Source of the DNA: a virus
Taxonomy: Duplodnaviria; Caudoviricetes
Reading direction: 5' to 3' (one strand)
DNA: 64,000 nucleotides
Virus record (IMG/VR): IMGVR_UViG_3300029288_000107
Span: 32,001-96,000 of that record
Positions within the stretch are counted from its first letter, which is position 1, and every line of letters starts with the position of its first letter. A model generated the notes under the pieces. It did not search any database. It saw only the letters and a program-made list of their open reading frames with translations, and was not told the origin of the DNA. The position numbers and the translations under genes were made by a program. Shown here piece after piece: positions 46,438 to 55,072 of the stretch.

Positions 46438-46734
46438 ATGAGTCTCGGACGGAAGCTGATACGGATGGGCACGCCGGAGGGGGATCTGCCGCCGCGGCTG
46501 CTGGCGCAGGTGGGGCGGCTGCGGACGGACGCGGTGCGGTTCTGCCAGGGGCGTGAGGCGCACGGATCGGTGGTGCTGGAGGGGGCGGCCGTGGTGGTGG
46601 ACCTCACGGGGCGGGATGCCGCGTTTGTGGCACGTCAACTCGCGCGGCGCGTGCTTGCACCGCTCCACGCGGTAGTGGAAGATGGTGGACGAGGTCACGC
46701 GCGGCTGCGGGTGACGGAGGAGACGTCGCAGTGA
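46438..46734 (+). CDS. hypothetical protein
   Basis: GGAGG RBS; GTGA overlap. Confidence 0.55.
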   Translation: MSLGRKLIRMGTPEGDLPPRLLAQVGRLRTDAVRFCQGREAHGSVVLEGAAVVVDLTGRDAAFVARQLARRVLAPLHAVVEDGGRGHARLRVTEETSQ

Positions 46735-47405
46735 GGACGGTGCGGGAGCTGATGGGAGAGGACGACGCGGTAACGACCACGGCGGACATACCTAGCATCC
46801 CGATGCCGTTCGTAGCGCCTGCTCGAAGGCGCAAGCGCAAGAGGGTGCACGCCATGAAGATCGGCGAGGAGATCGTCATCAACGAGTGGAAGACCCGGCC
46901 GGTCGGCGACGACAGCTGGGAGGTCAAGGTCGGCAAGAAGTGGGTGCAGGGGCGGTGGCGCACCATCGGGAAGCAGCGCGTGTTTCTCAAGGGGAGCGGT
47001 GGCACGCTGCCCGAGAAGCCGAACGCGATGCAAGCGAAGAAGCCGGGCCTCGTGGCGAAGATCAAGGCAGCCCTGTCGGGCGCCGTGGAAGGGTGGCGAA
47101 AGGGCCACCGATCGGAGGATATGAACATGAGCGAGATCGGACGGATTGCGCGGTCCTTGCAGGAGGCCGAGGGCAAGAAGGCGGCCAGCAAGAACGTCAT
47201 CGAGCTGCTGGCGGTGGACATGACGGAGGCGCCCAAGGTCGTGCGGCGGCTGGAGAAGCTGCTCGGCGACAAGGCGGCCGAGGCGGGCCCCGGGCTGGCG
47301 GAGGCGCTGATGCCGACCATCACCAAGTGGCTGGAGGCGCAGGGGCTGCGCGTGCAGGGCACGGCAGCGGCCGAGAAGGCGCTCAAGCAGTCGGCGCGGG
47401 CGTAG
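46731..47405 (+). CDS. putative modular internal head protein
   Basis: leader VRTVRELMGE; internal INEW, VEG and LQEA sites. Confidence 0.6.
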   Translation: MRTVRELMGEDDAVTTTADIPSIPMPFVAPARRRKRKRVHAMKIGEEIVINEWKTRPVGDDSWEVKVGKKWVQGRWRTIGKQRVFLKGSGGTLPEKPNAMQAKKPGLVAKIKAALSGAVEGWRKGHRSEDMNMSEIGRIARSLQEAEGKKAASKNVIELLAVDMTEAPKVVRRLEKLLGDKAAEAGPGLAEALMPTITKWLEAQGLRVQGTAAAEKALKQSARA

Positions 47406-47414
47406 GGGGAGATC

Positions 47415-47834
47415 ATGGCGAAAGATCTGGAACAGATGGTCCTGGACGAGGACAGCATCGCAGAGATGGGCGAGATGTGGTTCGACGCCAACCCCGACGT
47501 GTTCGACGAGGCAGGCGTGGACCTGGCGGAGGGCTGGACCGACGATCCGCCCGAGGAACTGGACCAGATCGCGCAGGATGCGGCGGTGGACATCGTGGAC
47601 CAGCTGCGCAACCCGGAGGACGGCAGCGCTGGCATCGCGGTGCTGAACGAGGCGGACCAGCTGGCGAACCTGCTGTACTTCAAGTTCGCCGAGTTGACGG
47701 CGGCCAGCCCCGAGGACTTCGACGCCTGGTTCGAGACGCTGGAGGACGAGGTCGACGACGAGGACGAGGCGGAGGACGACCTTGGCGACGTTGGCGAGCC
47801 CGGCGACGAGCCCGAGGTCGACGACGAGGCGTAG
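47415..47834 (+). CDS. highly acidic protein
   Basis: D/E-rich; LDED, LAEG and LNEA sites. Confidence 0.7.
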   Translation: MAKDLEQMVLDEDSIAEMGEMWFDANPDVFDEAGVDLAEGWTDDPPEELDQIAQDAAVDIVDQLRNPEDGSAGIAVLNEADQLANLLYFKFAELTAASPEDFDAWFETLEDEVDDEDEAEDDLGDVGEPGDEPEVDDEA

Positions 47835-48173
47835 ATGGCGACCCTTCTCGCCTACCCCATCGGCAGCGACGGCACGGACGTGCGGTTCCGCGTGATCCGG
47901 CGCAACCGGGCGGGCACGCGCATGGCGTTGCCGGTGCCGCTCTGTGCGGCGCTGGCGCGGCGGGCTGGGGGCGAGGTTTGGGCGGCGGGCGAGGGCGCGC
48001 TGGAGGCCAACGCGCAGGGGCTGCGTGGGCTGCGGCGCTGGTTCGTGGGGGCGCAGGGCGACCGGGCGGCATTCTACGGGGGCGACGGGGAGCCGTACGA
48101 GACCGTATGCGACGCGGTGCGCACCGTGCTGGGCTTCGTGCCGGGCGGCGTGCGATGCCCCGGAAGATCCTGA
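47835..48173 (+). CDS. hypothetical protein
   Basis: abuts the upstream stop. Confidence 0.5.
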   Translation: MATLLAYPIGSDGTDVRFRVIRRNRAGTRMALPVPLCAALARRAGGEVWAAGEGALEANAQGLRGLRRWFVGAQGDRAAFYGGDGEPYETVCDAVRTVLGFVPGGVRCPGRS

Positions 48174-48221
48174 TCGTTCGATTGACAGCAACAGATCGCG
48201 GCGTTACGTGGTGAGTGTGGA

Positions 48222-48293
48222 GCCTCTGTGGCCCAACGGTAGGGCGCCGGACTTTCAATTCCGTGATTCTAGGTTCAAATCCTAGCAGAGGCG
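48222..48293 (+). tRNA. tRNA-Glu(TTC)-like, imperfect anticodon stem, no encoded CCA
   Basis: acceptor GCCTCTG/CAGAGGC; D arm GCCC-AACGGTA-GGGC; T arm CTAGG-TTCAAAT-CCTAG; loop CTTTCAA; TTGACA at 48182 upstream. Confidence 0.8.
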
Positions 48294-48304
48294 CGGATGG
48301 TGGG

Positions 48305-48426
48305 TTGACAGGGGAGCGCGCAGTGATCAGGTTGGGAACATGATGCGGTTCACGTGAATGCCAGAGTAGGGCCCCCCCGGTAGGTCTTCTTCCGTTCGAT
48401 CAACGCAACAACCAAGGAGGAAGACC
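48305..48426 (+). promoter_or_regulatory. promoter plus leader with two mini-ORFs and an RBS-sequestering hairpin
   Basis: TTGACA 48305; MMRFT* 48340-48357 and MPE* 48358-48369; GGTCTTCTTCC (48383-48393) pairs with GGAGGAAGACC (48416-48426). Confidence 0.55.
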
Positions 48427-48843
48427 ATGTTCAATTTTCGCAAGAAGGCCCCCGTATCCGAGGGGCAGGAATTCAGCAAGGAAGAGTTGGAGCGGCGCGA
48501 GTCGGCCGCGGAGCGCCTGATCCACCTGCGGGTCAAGGTCAAGTCGCTGGCGGCGGAGGCGACGATCATCCGGCAGGAGGCGGCGCGCGTGCGGGGGCGG
48601 GTTCGATACGGCCTCAACCAGCACCGCACGACCGTGGTGCGGCGCCACGCGCGGCTCAACCTGCTGGCGTACGGACTGCTGCGCGGCGTGCCCTACGCGA
48701 CCATGGAGGCGCGGTGCCGCGAGGCGCCCGACTTCGAGGAGGTGGCCAGCATCGCACGTCGGTTCGGGGCAACCGAGGCGGCGGTGCGGGCATGGCGGGC
48801 GGATGCGGATGCCCACCGCAAGGCGTGCGAGCGCGCCGCGTAG
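48427..48843 (+). CDS. hypothetical phage protein (KVKSLAAEA...AYGLLRG.PY type)
   Basis: AAGGAGG RBS; codon bias. Confidence 0.7.
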   Translation: MFNFRKKAPVSEGQEFSKEELERRESAAERLIHLRVKVKSLAAEATIIRQEAARVRGRVRYGLNQHRTTVVRRHARLNLLAYGLLRGVPYATMEARCREAPDFEEVASIARRFGATEAAVRAWRADADAHRKACERAA

Positions 48844-48854
48844 TCCTGCCCTGT

Positions 48855-48884
48855 TTGACGACCCGCGAAAAATTCAAGTAAGAT
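48855..48884 (+). promoter_or_regulatory. sigma70-type promoter
   Basis: TTGACG-N18-TAAGAT in an AT-rich gap. Confidence 0.55.
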
Positions 48885-48908
48885 CTACTCAACCTAGGAG
48901 GGGTGCTG

Positions 48909-49100
48909 ATGCGGCTGAACGTAGAGTTGAAGAACGAGCTGTATGCCGAGGTGAGCGTGCACGCCGAACGGGAGGGGCGCAGCATCAGCGACGTGGTGCG
49001 GGTGCTGTTGCTGGACTGGTGCAAGGCGAAGCGGCGCGAGGAGCGCGAAGAACGCGCACGCGCGTGCGCGCAGGAAAAGGTGGCAGGAGGGAACGGATGA
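48909..49100 (+). CDS. ribbon-helix-helix DNA-binding protein
   Basis: RLNVELKNELY...AEREGRSISDVVRVLL. Confidence 0.8.
   Translation: MRLNVELKNELYAEVSVHAEREGRSISDVVRVLLLDWCKAKRREEREERARACAQEKVAGGNG
49056..49067. repeat. palindrome copy 13 (3' end of the RHH gene; longest copy, 18-mer 49053-49070)
   Basis: CGCGCACGCGCGTGCGCG. Confidence 0.9.
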
Positions 49101-49660
49101 ACGGGACCAACGTGACGGTGGTGACGGCGCCGGAGCCGTGGGTGAACGCGGGGCCGGAGGCCGTGTCGGTGTTTTTGGCGGGGGGCATCCAGCGGTGCCC
49201 GTGGTGGCAGGTGGAGGTCATCGACCTGCTGCGGGGCATCCCCAACCTGGGCGAGGTCGTGGTGTACAACCCGCGGCGCGCCAACTTCCCCATCGACGAT
49301 CCGAGTGCGGCGCAGGCGCAGATCGAGTGGGAGTTCCTGATGCTGGACCGGGCGCAGGTGTTCAGCATGTGGTTCCCGAACGCGGACTCCGATTGCCCGA
49401 TCTGCATGTACGAGTTGGGGCGGCACCTCGCGCTGCGGATGCGGGATCGACAGGGGCACCTCGTGGCGCTGGGCGTGGACCCGGGCTACCGGCGCGCGCG
49501 CGACGTGGAGGTGCAGGTGGCGCTGGCCTGCGGGGGGCACGAGGAGGTGGAGATCGAGCGGAGCCTGCTGGCGCACGTGCGGAGCATCGGGCTGGCCGTG
49601 CTGGCGGCCCGCCACTTGGGGCAGTCGTTGCGCGATCGCGCGCAGGGGAGGGTGAATTGA
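49097..49660 (+). CDS. nucleoside 2-deoxyribosyltransferase-like protein
   Basis: VFLAGGI..C..WQ, YNPRR, QIEWE, WFP, PIC.YELG. Confidence 0.85.
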   Translation: MNGTNVTVVTAPEPWVNAGPEAVSVFLAGGIQRCPWWQVEVIDLLRGIPNLGEVVVYNPRRANFPIDDPSAAQAQIEWEFLMLDRAQVFSMWFPNADSDCPICMYELGRHLALRMRDRQGHLVALGVDPGYRRARDVEVQVALACGGHEEVEIERSLLAHVRSIGLAVLAARHLGQSLRDRAQGRVN

Positions 49661-50100
49661 TGGCAATCCCGGAGATGCGGTTGGTGGATGGGTATCGTTT
49701 CGGACTGCGGATCGATGGGAGAGTGCGTGGCGTGGCGCGGTGCGGAGAGATGGAAGCATATCAGGAGCGTCATGGAAATTGGAAGTTGCGCCCCGTCAGC
49801 ATCGAAGCAGCGGTGAAGGCGGGAGAGGTAGGATTGGCAGGGCTGCTGGCGGGGAGCAGAAGGCATCGTGTTGAATTGGAGGAGTACGCTCGCGACGGCA
49901 GCGTGCTGCGGAAAATGGATTTGGGGAAATGCCGGGTGAAGAGGTATCGCTGCGCTCCGCACGACGCGATGTCATCGATGCCCGTGATGGAATCGGTGGT
50001 TGTGCATCCGGAGCGGCTGCGCGTGAGGAACCTGGTGAACCCGGATTTCGTGGAGCCGCATCCTGTGGCAGGTGGAGCGACGGAGGTGTGTGATGGCTGA
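49660..50100 (+). CDS. third, divergent tail tube-like protein
   Basis: YRFGLRIDG start; C.V.RY....DAMSS...MESVVV..ERL end. Confidence 0.55.
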   Translation: MAIPEMRLVDGYRFGLRIDGRVRGVARCGEMEAYQERHGNWKLRPVSIEAAVKAGEVGLAGLLAGSRRHRVELEEYARDGSVLRKMDLGKCRVKRYRCAPHDAMSSMPVMESVVVHPERLRVRNLVNPDFVEPHPVAGGATEVCDG

Positions 50101-50992
50101 AATGTTCAACGAAGCAGAAGATGCAGTGCGCGTTGCGGAAAAAGAGGCGGAGGCGGCGGAGACGCGCACGGTGACGGGCGACGCGGGGCGTGGGCACTTT
50201 CTGGATCCGGCGGGCAGCACCATGTCAGGCAAGCTGCCGGGCGGGTTCCGGGATGAGGCGGGAGTGTTGCACCGCGCCTTTGTGGTGCGCGAGATGACGG
50301 GCGTGGAGGAGGACCTGCTGGGGGGCAAGGGGTCGCAGATGGTGCGTATGAACCGCATCATCACGAACTGCCTCCTCAGTTTGGGCACGGTGTCGGACAA
50401 GGCGATCATCGCGACGGCGGTGCAGGCCATGCCCACGGCGGATCGGGTGGCCGTGCTGCTCACGCTGCGGCGCCTCTCGCTGGGGGACGCCTATGTGCTG
50501 CGGCTGAAGTGCCCCAACGAGGACTGCCTGGTGGAGGATAGCTACACGGTGAGCCTCGGTGATCTGGAGGTCTCCGACATGGCGCAGCCGGAGCAGCGCC
50601 AGTTCGAGACGGTGTGCCCGTCGGGGCGGCGCGTCGGCTGGCACGTCATGACGGGGGCAGACGAGGAGTGGATGTGGGACGTGGCCAAGCGGCGGCACGA
50701 CGACGACGCGTTCACGCTGAGCTTCCTCGCGCGGATGGACACGATCGACGGGGAGCCGGTGCGGCGCGGGACCGGGGCCAAGAACGACGCGGTGTACGAT
50801 CTGGCGGCAGCGCGGGTCAAGGCGCTCACGGTGCGGGAGCGCAACGACGTGCGCGAGGAGGTGGTGGCGTTGGAGGGCGGCGTGGACACCACGGTGGAGT
50901 TCGAGTGCAAGCAGTGCCACCACACGTGGGAGCGCAGCTTGCCCATTGGGGGGCCGGATTTTTTCTTCCGCTCGGCGAAGCGCAAGCGCTAG
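50093..50992 (+). CDS. tail assembly chaperone / gp26-like hub assembly protein
   Basis: REMTGVEEDLL, ADR..VL..LRR.SLG, CPNEDC, CKQC, DFFF; precedes the tape measure. Confidence 0.8.
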   Translation: MAEMFNEAEDAVRVAEKEAEAAETRTVTGDAGRGHFLDPAGSTMSGKLPGGFRDEAGVLHRAFVVREMTGVEEDLLGGKGSQMVRMNRIITNCLLSLGTVSDKAIIATAVQAMPTADRVAVLLTLRRLSLGDAYVLRLKCPNEDCLVEDSYTVSLGDLEVSDMAQPEQRQFETVCPSGRRVGWHVMTGADEEWMWDVAKRRHDDDAFTLSFLARMDTIDGEPVRRGTGAKNDAVYDLAAARVKALTVRERNDVREEVVALEGGVDTTVEFECKQCHHTWERSLPIGGPDFFFRSAKRKR

Positions 50993-51165
50993 AGGACGAC
51001 GTGTTTTACGCCATGGAGATGCTCGCGGTAGGATACGACGACGCCATGGCGATCCCCTGGTCGCGCCGGAAGCGCATCGTGGAGCGGAAGGCCGACTTGG
51101 AGCACAAGCGCGCGGCGGCGCAGCGGCAGGCACAGCTGGCATCGCGCGTGCGACGGGGAAGATAG
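50959..51165 (+). CDS. -1 frameshift extension of the tail chaperone
   Basis: slippery T TTT TTC at 50959-50965; -1 frame reads LEDDVFY...MAIPWSRRK and ends 1 nt before the tape measure ATG. Confidence 0.8.
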   Translation, partial: FFLPLGEAQALEDDVFYAMEMLAVGYDDAMAIPWSRRKRIVERKADLEHKRAAAQRQAQLASRVRRGR

Positions 51166-54100
51166 ATGTCGTTCATTCCGCTCGGCTTCGCGTTCGCAGC
51201 CCGGAACAAGGGCCTCGAAGGCGAGTTCAAGAAGACCCGCAAGAACATGGACGGGCTGAACGGCGCGCTCGGCCAGACGAACCGGTCGGCGACGGGGGCC
51301 GCGGCCGCGTTCGGCGCCATGGCGACGGCGGCCAAGATCACCAGCAAGGCGATCCAGCTGCCGTTCAAGGCCATGGGCGGCATGATCGACGCCGTGGAGC
51401 GCCGCGTCGGGCAGTTCAACCTCGCGAGCATCGCGGACGACGTCAAGAAGTTGACCGGGGAGTCGGGCAACCTCAGTACGCAGATGGACAGCGCGTTTGC
51501 CAGCAACGCCAAGGCGATCAAGCCGCTGCTGGCGGGCATCGGGAAGAGCGGCAAGGAGTTGCGCAGGCTGACCAGCCAGGCCAGCAGCATGGCCTACTCC
51601 ATGGACGTGTCGGCGGAGTCGGTCGGCAAGGTCATGGTCGAGCTGGAGAGCGCGGGCGGACCGGCCAAGGCGGGCCTCGACGCGCTCAACATGAGCACGA
51701 AGGACTTCGTGAAGCTGGTGGAGGTGGGCGGGCCCGAGACGGCGCAGTTGGGGTCGTTCCTCGGCGACCTTCAGACCTCGTGGAGCATGACGGCCACGCA
51801 GGCGGCGGAGACGGCCAACGCCGTGATGGCGTACGGGCAGGCGGCAGGCGTGGGGGCCGAGGGTATCAAGAAGATCGACGGCCTCATGGAGAAGTTCAAC
51901 GCCGTGCTGGCCGACGCGCCGCCCAACATGCAGGTCACGGCCGACCAGATGCAGGGCATGATCATCGGCGCCACCAAGCTGGCGGGCGCGTACCGCGAGA
52001 TGGGGGCGTCGCAGGAGCAGGCGCTGGATTACAGCCAGCAGACCGCCGAGTTGTTCACCAAGGAGGCCGTGGCCTTCCAGAAGGCAGCGGAAGGGCGCGG
52101 CGAGTACGGCGACATGGCCAAGGGCCTGATGCCAGTGCTCAAGGAGTGGGGCAGTTGGGATGAGTTCGGGGCCGCGCTCAAGGTGGGCGCGCTGGACGCC
52201 ACGAAGGGCATGGTCAAGCTCAACGAGATCGTGCAGTCGGCGTCGGCCAAGGGGTTCGGGCCAGCCGACGTGCTGATGCGGCAGCTGCTGGGTACGATCG
52301 GCGAGACCAGCCCGAGCATGGCGTGGTTGGCGCAGAACACCAACGCGGGCGCGGCCGCGCTGAGCAAGTTCGACGCCATGACTGTGAAGAGCGACGGGTC
52401 GCTACAGAAGTTTGCCAAGGACGGGTTCAGCACGGGATTCACGTTGCAGGAGTCGTTCGACCGGGCCAAGCAGGGCATGGAGCAGATGGTTCGCAGCATC
52501 GCGAGCAGGGAAGTCTCCGGCATGGTCCGTACGCAGATCGGCGCCTACCGGGACATGGGCAAGCAGATCGTGCGCATGGGGAACGACAAGACGTGGGGGC
52601 CCATCCTCAAGAAGGCGGTCATCCTCAAGCGCATGGGGCTGCGTGGCCTCCTCATGTCGGCGACGGACAGCAAGTCGCAGCAGAAGAGCATGGCCAAGAC
52701 GTTCGCAGGGCTGGAGATGGCAGCGGGAGCGATCGAGGACGTGACGGGCGCGATGAGCCCGCTCATGAGCACGATGGGCAAGTTCGGGCCGCTGGGAACG
52801 CTGGCGGGCGGCATCGCCACGTGGTTCACGATCCCAAAGTCGGCGCGCGAGAAGCTCATCAAGGACTTCCAGCCGGTGTGGGCGAAGGTCAAGGAGGGGC
52901 TGTGGAGTGCATGGGGGTCGCTGAAGGAGTGGTGGGCGGGCTTCAAGCCCACGCTGCTCAAGTGGGGTGGCGACCTGTGGACGGCGGTAAAGACAACGGC
53001 CAAGACATACGGTCCCGGCATCGCGAGCGCGCTCTGGGAGGGAATTAAGGGCATCGGCGGCCTGCTGATGGGCGGCCTCAAGGAGGCGTTTTCCGACCCC
53101 AAGATCGGCCTCGCGGCGAGCATGCTGGTGGCGATCAAGGCGGGCGGCATCTTCGGGGCGAAGGGGGTCCTTGCGACAGCCGCAGTTGAATCGTGGGTAC
53201 TTGCATATCAGCGGTCCGAGGCGGCGCTGAAGGAGATGAAGGACCAGCGTGATGCCGAGGCCAACATGCAGCGCCGCAACAGGGAGAAGCTCTCTGGAAA
53301 TCTTGCGGAGCGCTTCGTGGAGGGGTCGCGACCGGAGGACTGGGAGGCGGAGTTGGGCATCAGCCAGGAAGAAAGCGCGCTGATGGTCCCGGGCCTCACG
53401 CAGAGCACGGACTACGCCAAGAGGTTCGCGACGGATACGGCGACGCAGCTCGCGCTGGTCGAGAAGGGGCGCGTTGGGTTGCGGGAGAAGCTAGGTGGTG
53501 GGGTTGTCGGAGAGTTGCAGGAGAGCGCGCTGGCAGCGGCGCAGCGCGGCAACGTGAAGTTTCGGACAGGGCAGGGCGGCGACTCATCGTTTGCGGAGTC
53601 GGCGCTGTCGGGTGTGTTCAACATGGCTGGGGTGGGGCGCCAGGTCAACCAGCAGATGGAGGGCCACGAGGCGGCGATCGGGAAGGTGCAGAAGACGGGG
53701 ATGGGGCAGAAGCTGCTCGGCGAGGTGGCGTGGGATCCGAGCCTGTTCGCTGGGCGCATCGAGGTACTGCCCGCCATGATGCAGCAGGTGTCGCGGAGCA
53801 TGCAGGAGAACGCGAAGGCGATGGGGCTCGGCATCATGTCGGAGACGGCCCGGGGCTTGTCGGAGGGGCAGCAGGGCACGGTGGACCAGATCATCGCGAC
53901 GCAGAACCAGTGGTTGGAGTACACGAGGTTCCAGTCGCCGCCCAAGCAGGGGCCGTTGTCGGCGTCGGCGGGTAACCCGCTCTACAACAGCGGCATCGGC
54001 ATGATGCGGTTGGTGTCGGACGGCATCAAGATCGGCGCGCAGGACGTGCAGAACGCCATGCTGGAGGCCATCGTGGGGTCGTTCCGGCTGGCCATGGGCG

Positions 54101-54423
54101 AGTACGAGAAGGAGGCGGAGGCGGCGCTGACGTCCTCGCAGGTCATGGCCAAGGTGGCGGACCAGCTCGTGCAGAACTTGACAGGCGTGGGCCGCATCGA
54201 CATGGGGGACGTGAAGATCAGCACGGAGGAGCAGCGCGTGCTGCGGGCCAGCCTGGACATCCCGGGGCTGGCGGGCGTGACGGGCGCCATCATCGCGGAC
54301 GGCAACCTGACGCGGCAGATCCTGACGCGCATCGCGGACGCGACGGAGGGTACCTACAAGCTGGCCAGCGGGGAGGCCAAGAACACGAGGGGCAGTACGG
54401 GCCTCGTGTTGGCGGCGGTGTAG
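51166..54423 (+). CDS. tape measure protein
   Basis: 1085 aa, Ala/Gly/Lys helical, Trp-spaced repeats; position. Confidence 0.88.
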   Translation: MSFIPLGFAFAARNKGLEGEFKKTRKNMDGLNGALGQTNRSATGAAAAFGAMATAAKITSKAIQLPFKAMGGMIDAVERRVGQFNLASIADDVKKLTGESGNLSTQMDSAFASNAKAIKPLLAGIGKSGKELRRLTSQASSMAYSMDVSAESVGKVMVELESAGGPAKAGLDALNMSTKDFVKLVEVGGPETAQLGSFLGDLQTSWSMTATQAAETANAVMAYGQAAGVGAEGIKKIDGLMEKFNAVLADAPPNMQVTADQMQGMIIGATKLAGAYREMGASQEQALDYSQQTAELFTKEAVAFQKAAEGRGEYGDMAKGLMPVLKEWGSWDEFGAALKVGALDATKGMVKLNEIVQSASAKGFGPADVLMRQLLGTIGETSPSMAWLAQNTNAGAAALSKFDAMTVKSDGSLQKFAKDGFSTGFTLQESFDRAKQGMEQMVRSIASREVSGMVRTQIGAYRDMGKQIVRMGNDKTWGPILKKAVILKRMGLRGLLMSATDSKSQQKSMAKTFAGLEMAAGAIEDVTGAMSPLMSTMGKFGPLGTLAGGIATWFTIPKSAREKLIKDFQPVWAKVKEGLWSAWGSLKEWWAGFKPTLLKWGGDLWTAVKTTAKTYGPGIASALWEGIKGIGGLLMGGLKEAFSDPKIGLAASMLVAIKAGGIFGAKGVLATAAVESWVLAYQRSEAALKEMKDQRDAEANMQRRNREKLSGNLAERFVEGSRPEDWEAELGISQEESALMVPGLTQSTDYAKRFATDTATQLALVEKGRVGLREKLGGGVVGELQESALAAAQRGNVKFRTGQGGDSSFAESALSGVFNMAGVGRQVNQQMEGHEAAIGKVQKTGMGQKLLGEVAWDPSLFAGRIEVLPAMMQQVSRSMQENAKAMGLGIMSETARGLSEGQQGTVDQIIATQNQWLEYTRFQSPPKQGPLSASAGNPLYNSGIGMMRLVSDGIKIGAQDVQNAMLEAIVGSFRLAMGEYEKEAEAALTSSQVMAKVADQLVQNLTGVGRIDMGDVKISTEEQRVLRASLDIPGLAGVTGAIIADGNLTRQILTRIADATEGTYKLASGEAKNTRGSTGLVLAAV

Positions 54424-54424
54424 C

Positions 54425-54691
54425 GTGGCGGCGTGGGCGGTCACGGCCGGGAGCCTGCTCGCGTTGTTCGTGGCGCTGATGGCGTGGACGTGCTGGTACC
54501 TGCGGCGCGATCTGCGGTCGTACCGGAGGCGCTGCGGGGGCCGCTGGGGGCTGGTGCGGGGGCGGGCCAGTGCGGGCATGGAGGCGCCCGAGTGGTGGTT
54601 GCTGGAGAGCGAGATCGGCGAGGGCCAGTCAGTCCTGCGGTGGGAGGAGTGGCCGAGGCGCACGCGCGTGCGCAGGCGAGGTGACGCATGA
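54425..54691 (+). CDS. small membrane protein
   Basis: N-terminal TM helix; ATGA overlap. Confidence 0.5.
   Translation: MAAWAVTAGSLLALFVALMAWTCWYLRRDLRSYRRRCGGRWGLVRGRASAGMEAPEWWLLESEIGEGQSVLRWEEWPRRTRVRRRGDA
54660..54671. repeat. palindrome copy 14 (in CDS)
   Basis: extends to a 16-mer. Confidence 0.9.
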
Positions 54692-55065
54692 GTCTGCCCG
54701 ATGGGGTCCGCGCGACGCCGGTGTCGCAGGGGTCCGTGCTCAAATGGATGGAAGAGCACGCCGTGTGGGACAGCGTGCGCGGCGCGGAGGTGCGGTTCTT
54801 CGGCGTGTTCGAGGCGCCGGACATGACAACGGCCTCCGACGGCGAGATGCTCATCGTGGTGGACGACGTCAACGTGCGGCTGGACCGGCTGGCCTACAAG
54901 TACTTCGGGGACGCGAGCCTCGGATGGATCATCGCGCTCTACAACGACCTCGACGTGCCGGACGCGGAGCTGTACCGAGGACTGCAACTGCACATCCCGA
55001 GCAAGCAGTGGGTGGCGGACAACATCCTGCTTCAGCAGCGCGAGTCGCGGCGGTCGCGGATATAG
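54688..55065 (+). CDS. baseplate LysM/tail-X (gp53-like) protein
   Basis: RLDRLAYKYFGD..LGWIIA..N...G..LHIP. Confidence 0.85.
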   Translation: MSLPDGVRATPVSQGSVLKWMEEHAVWDSVRGAEVRFFGVFEAPDMTTASDGEMLIVVDDVNVRLDRLAYKYFGDASLGWIIALYNDLDVPDAELYRGLQLHIPSKQWVADNILLQQRESRRSRI

Positions 55066-55072
55066 GTGGATC

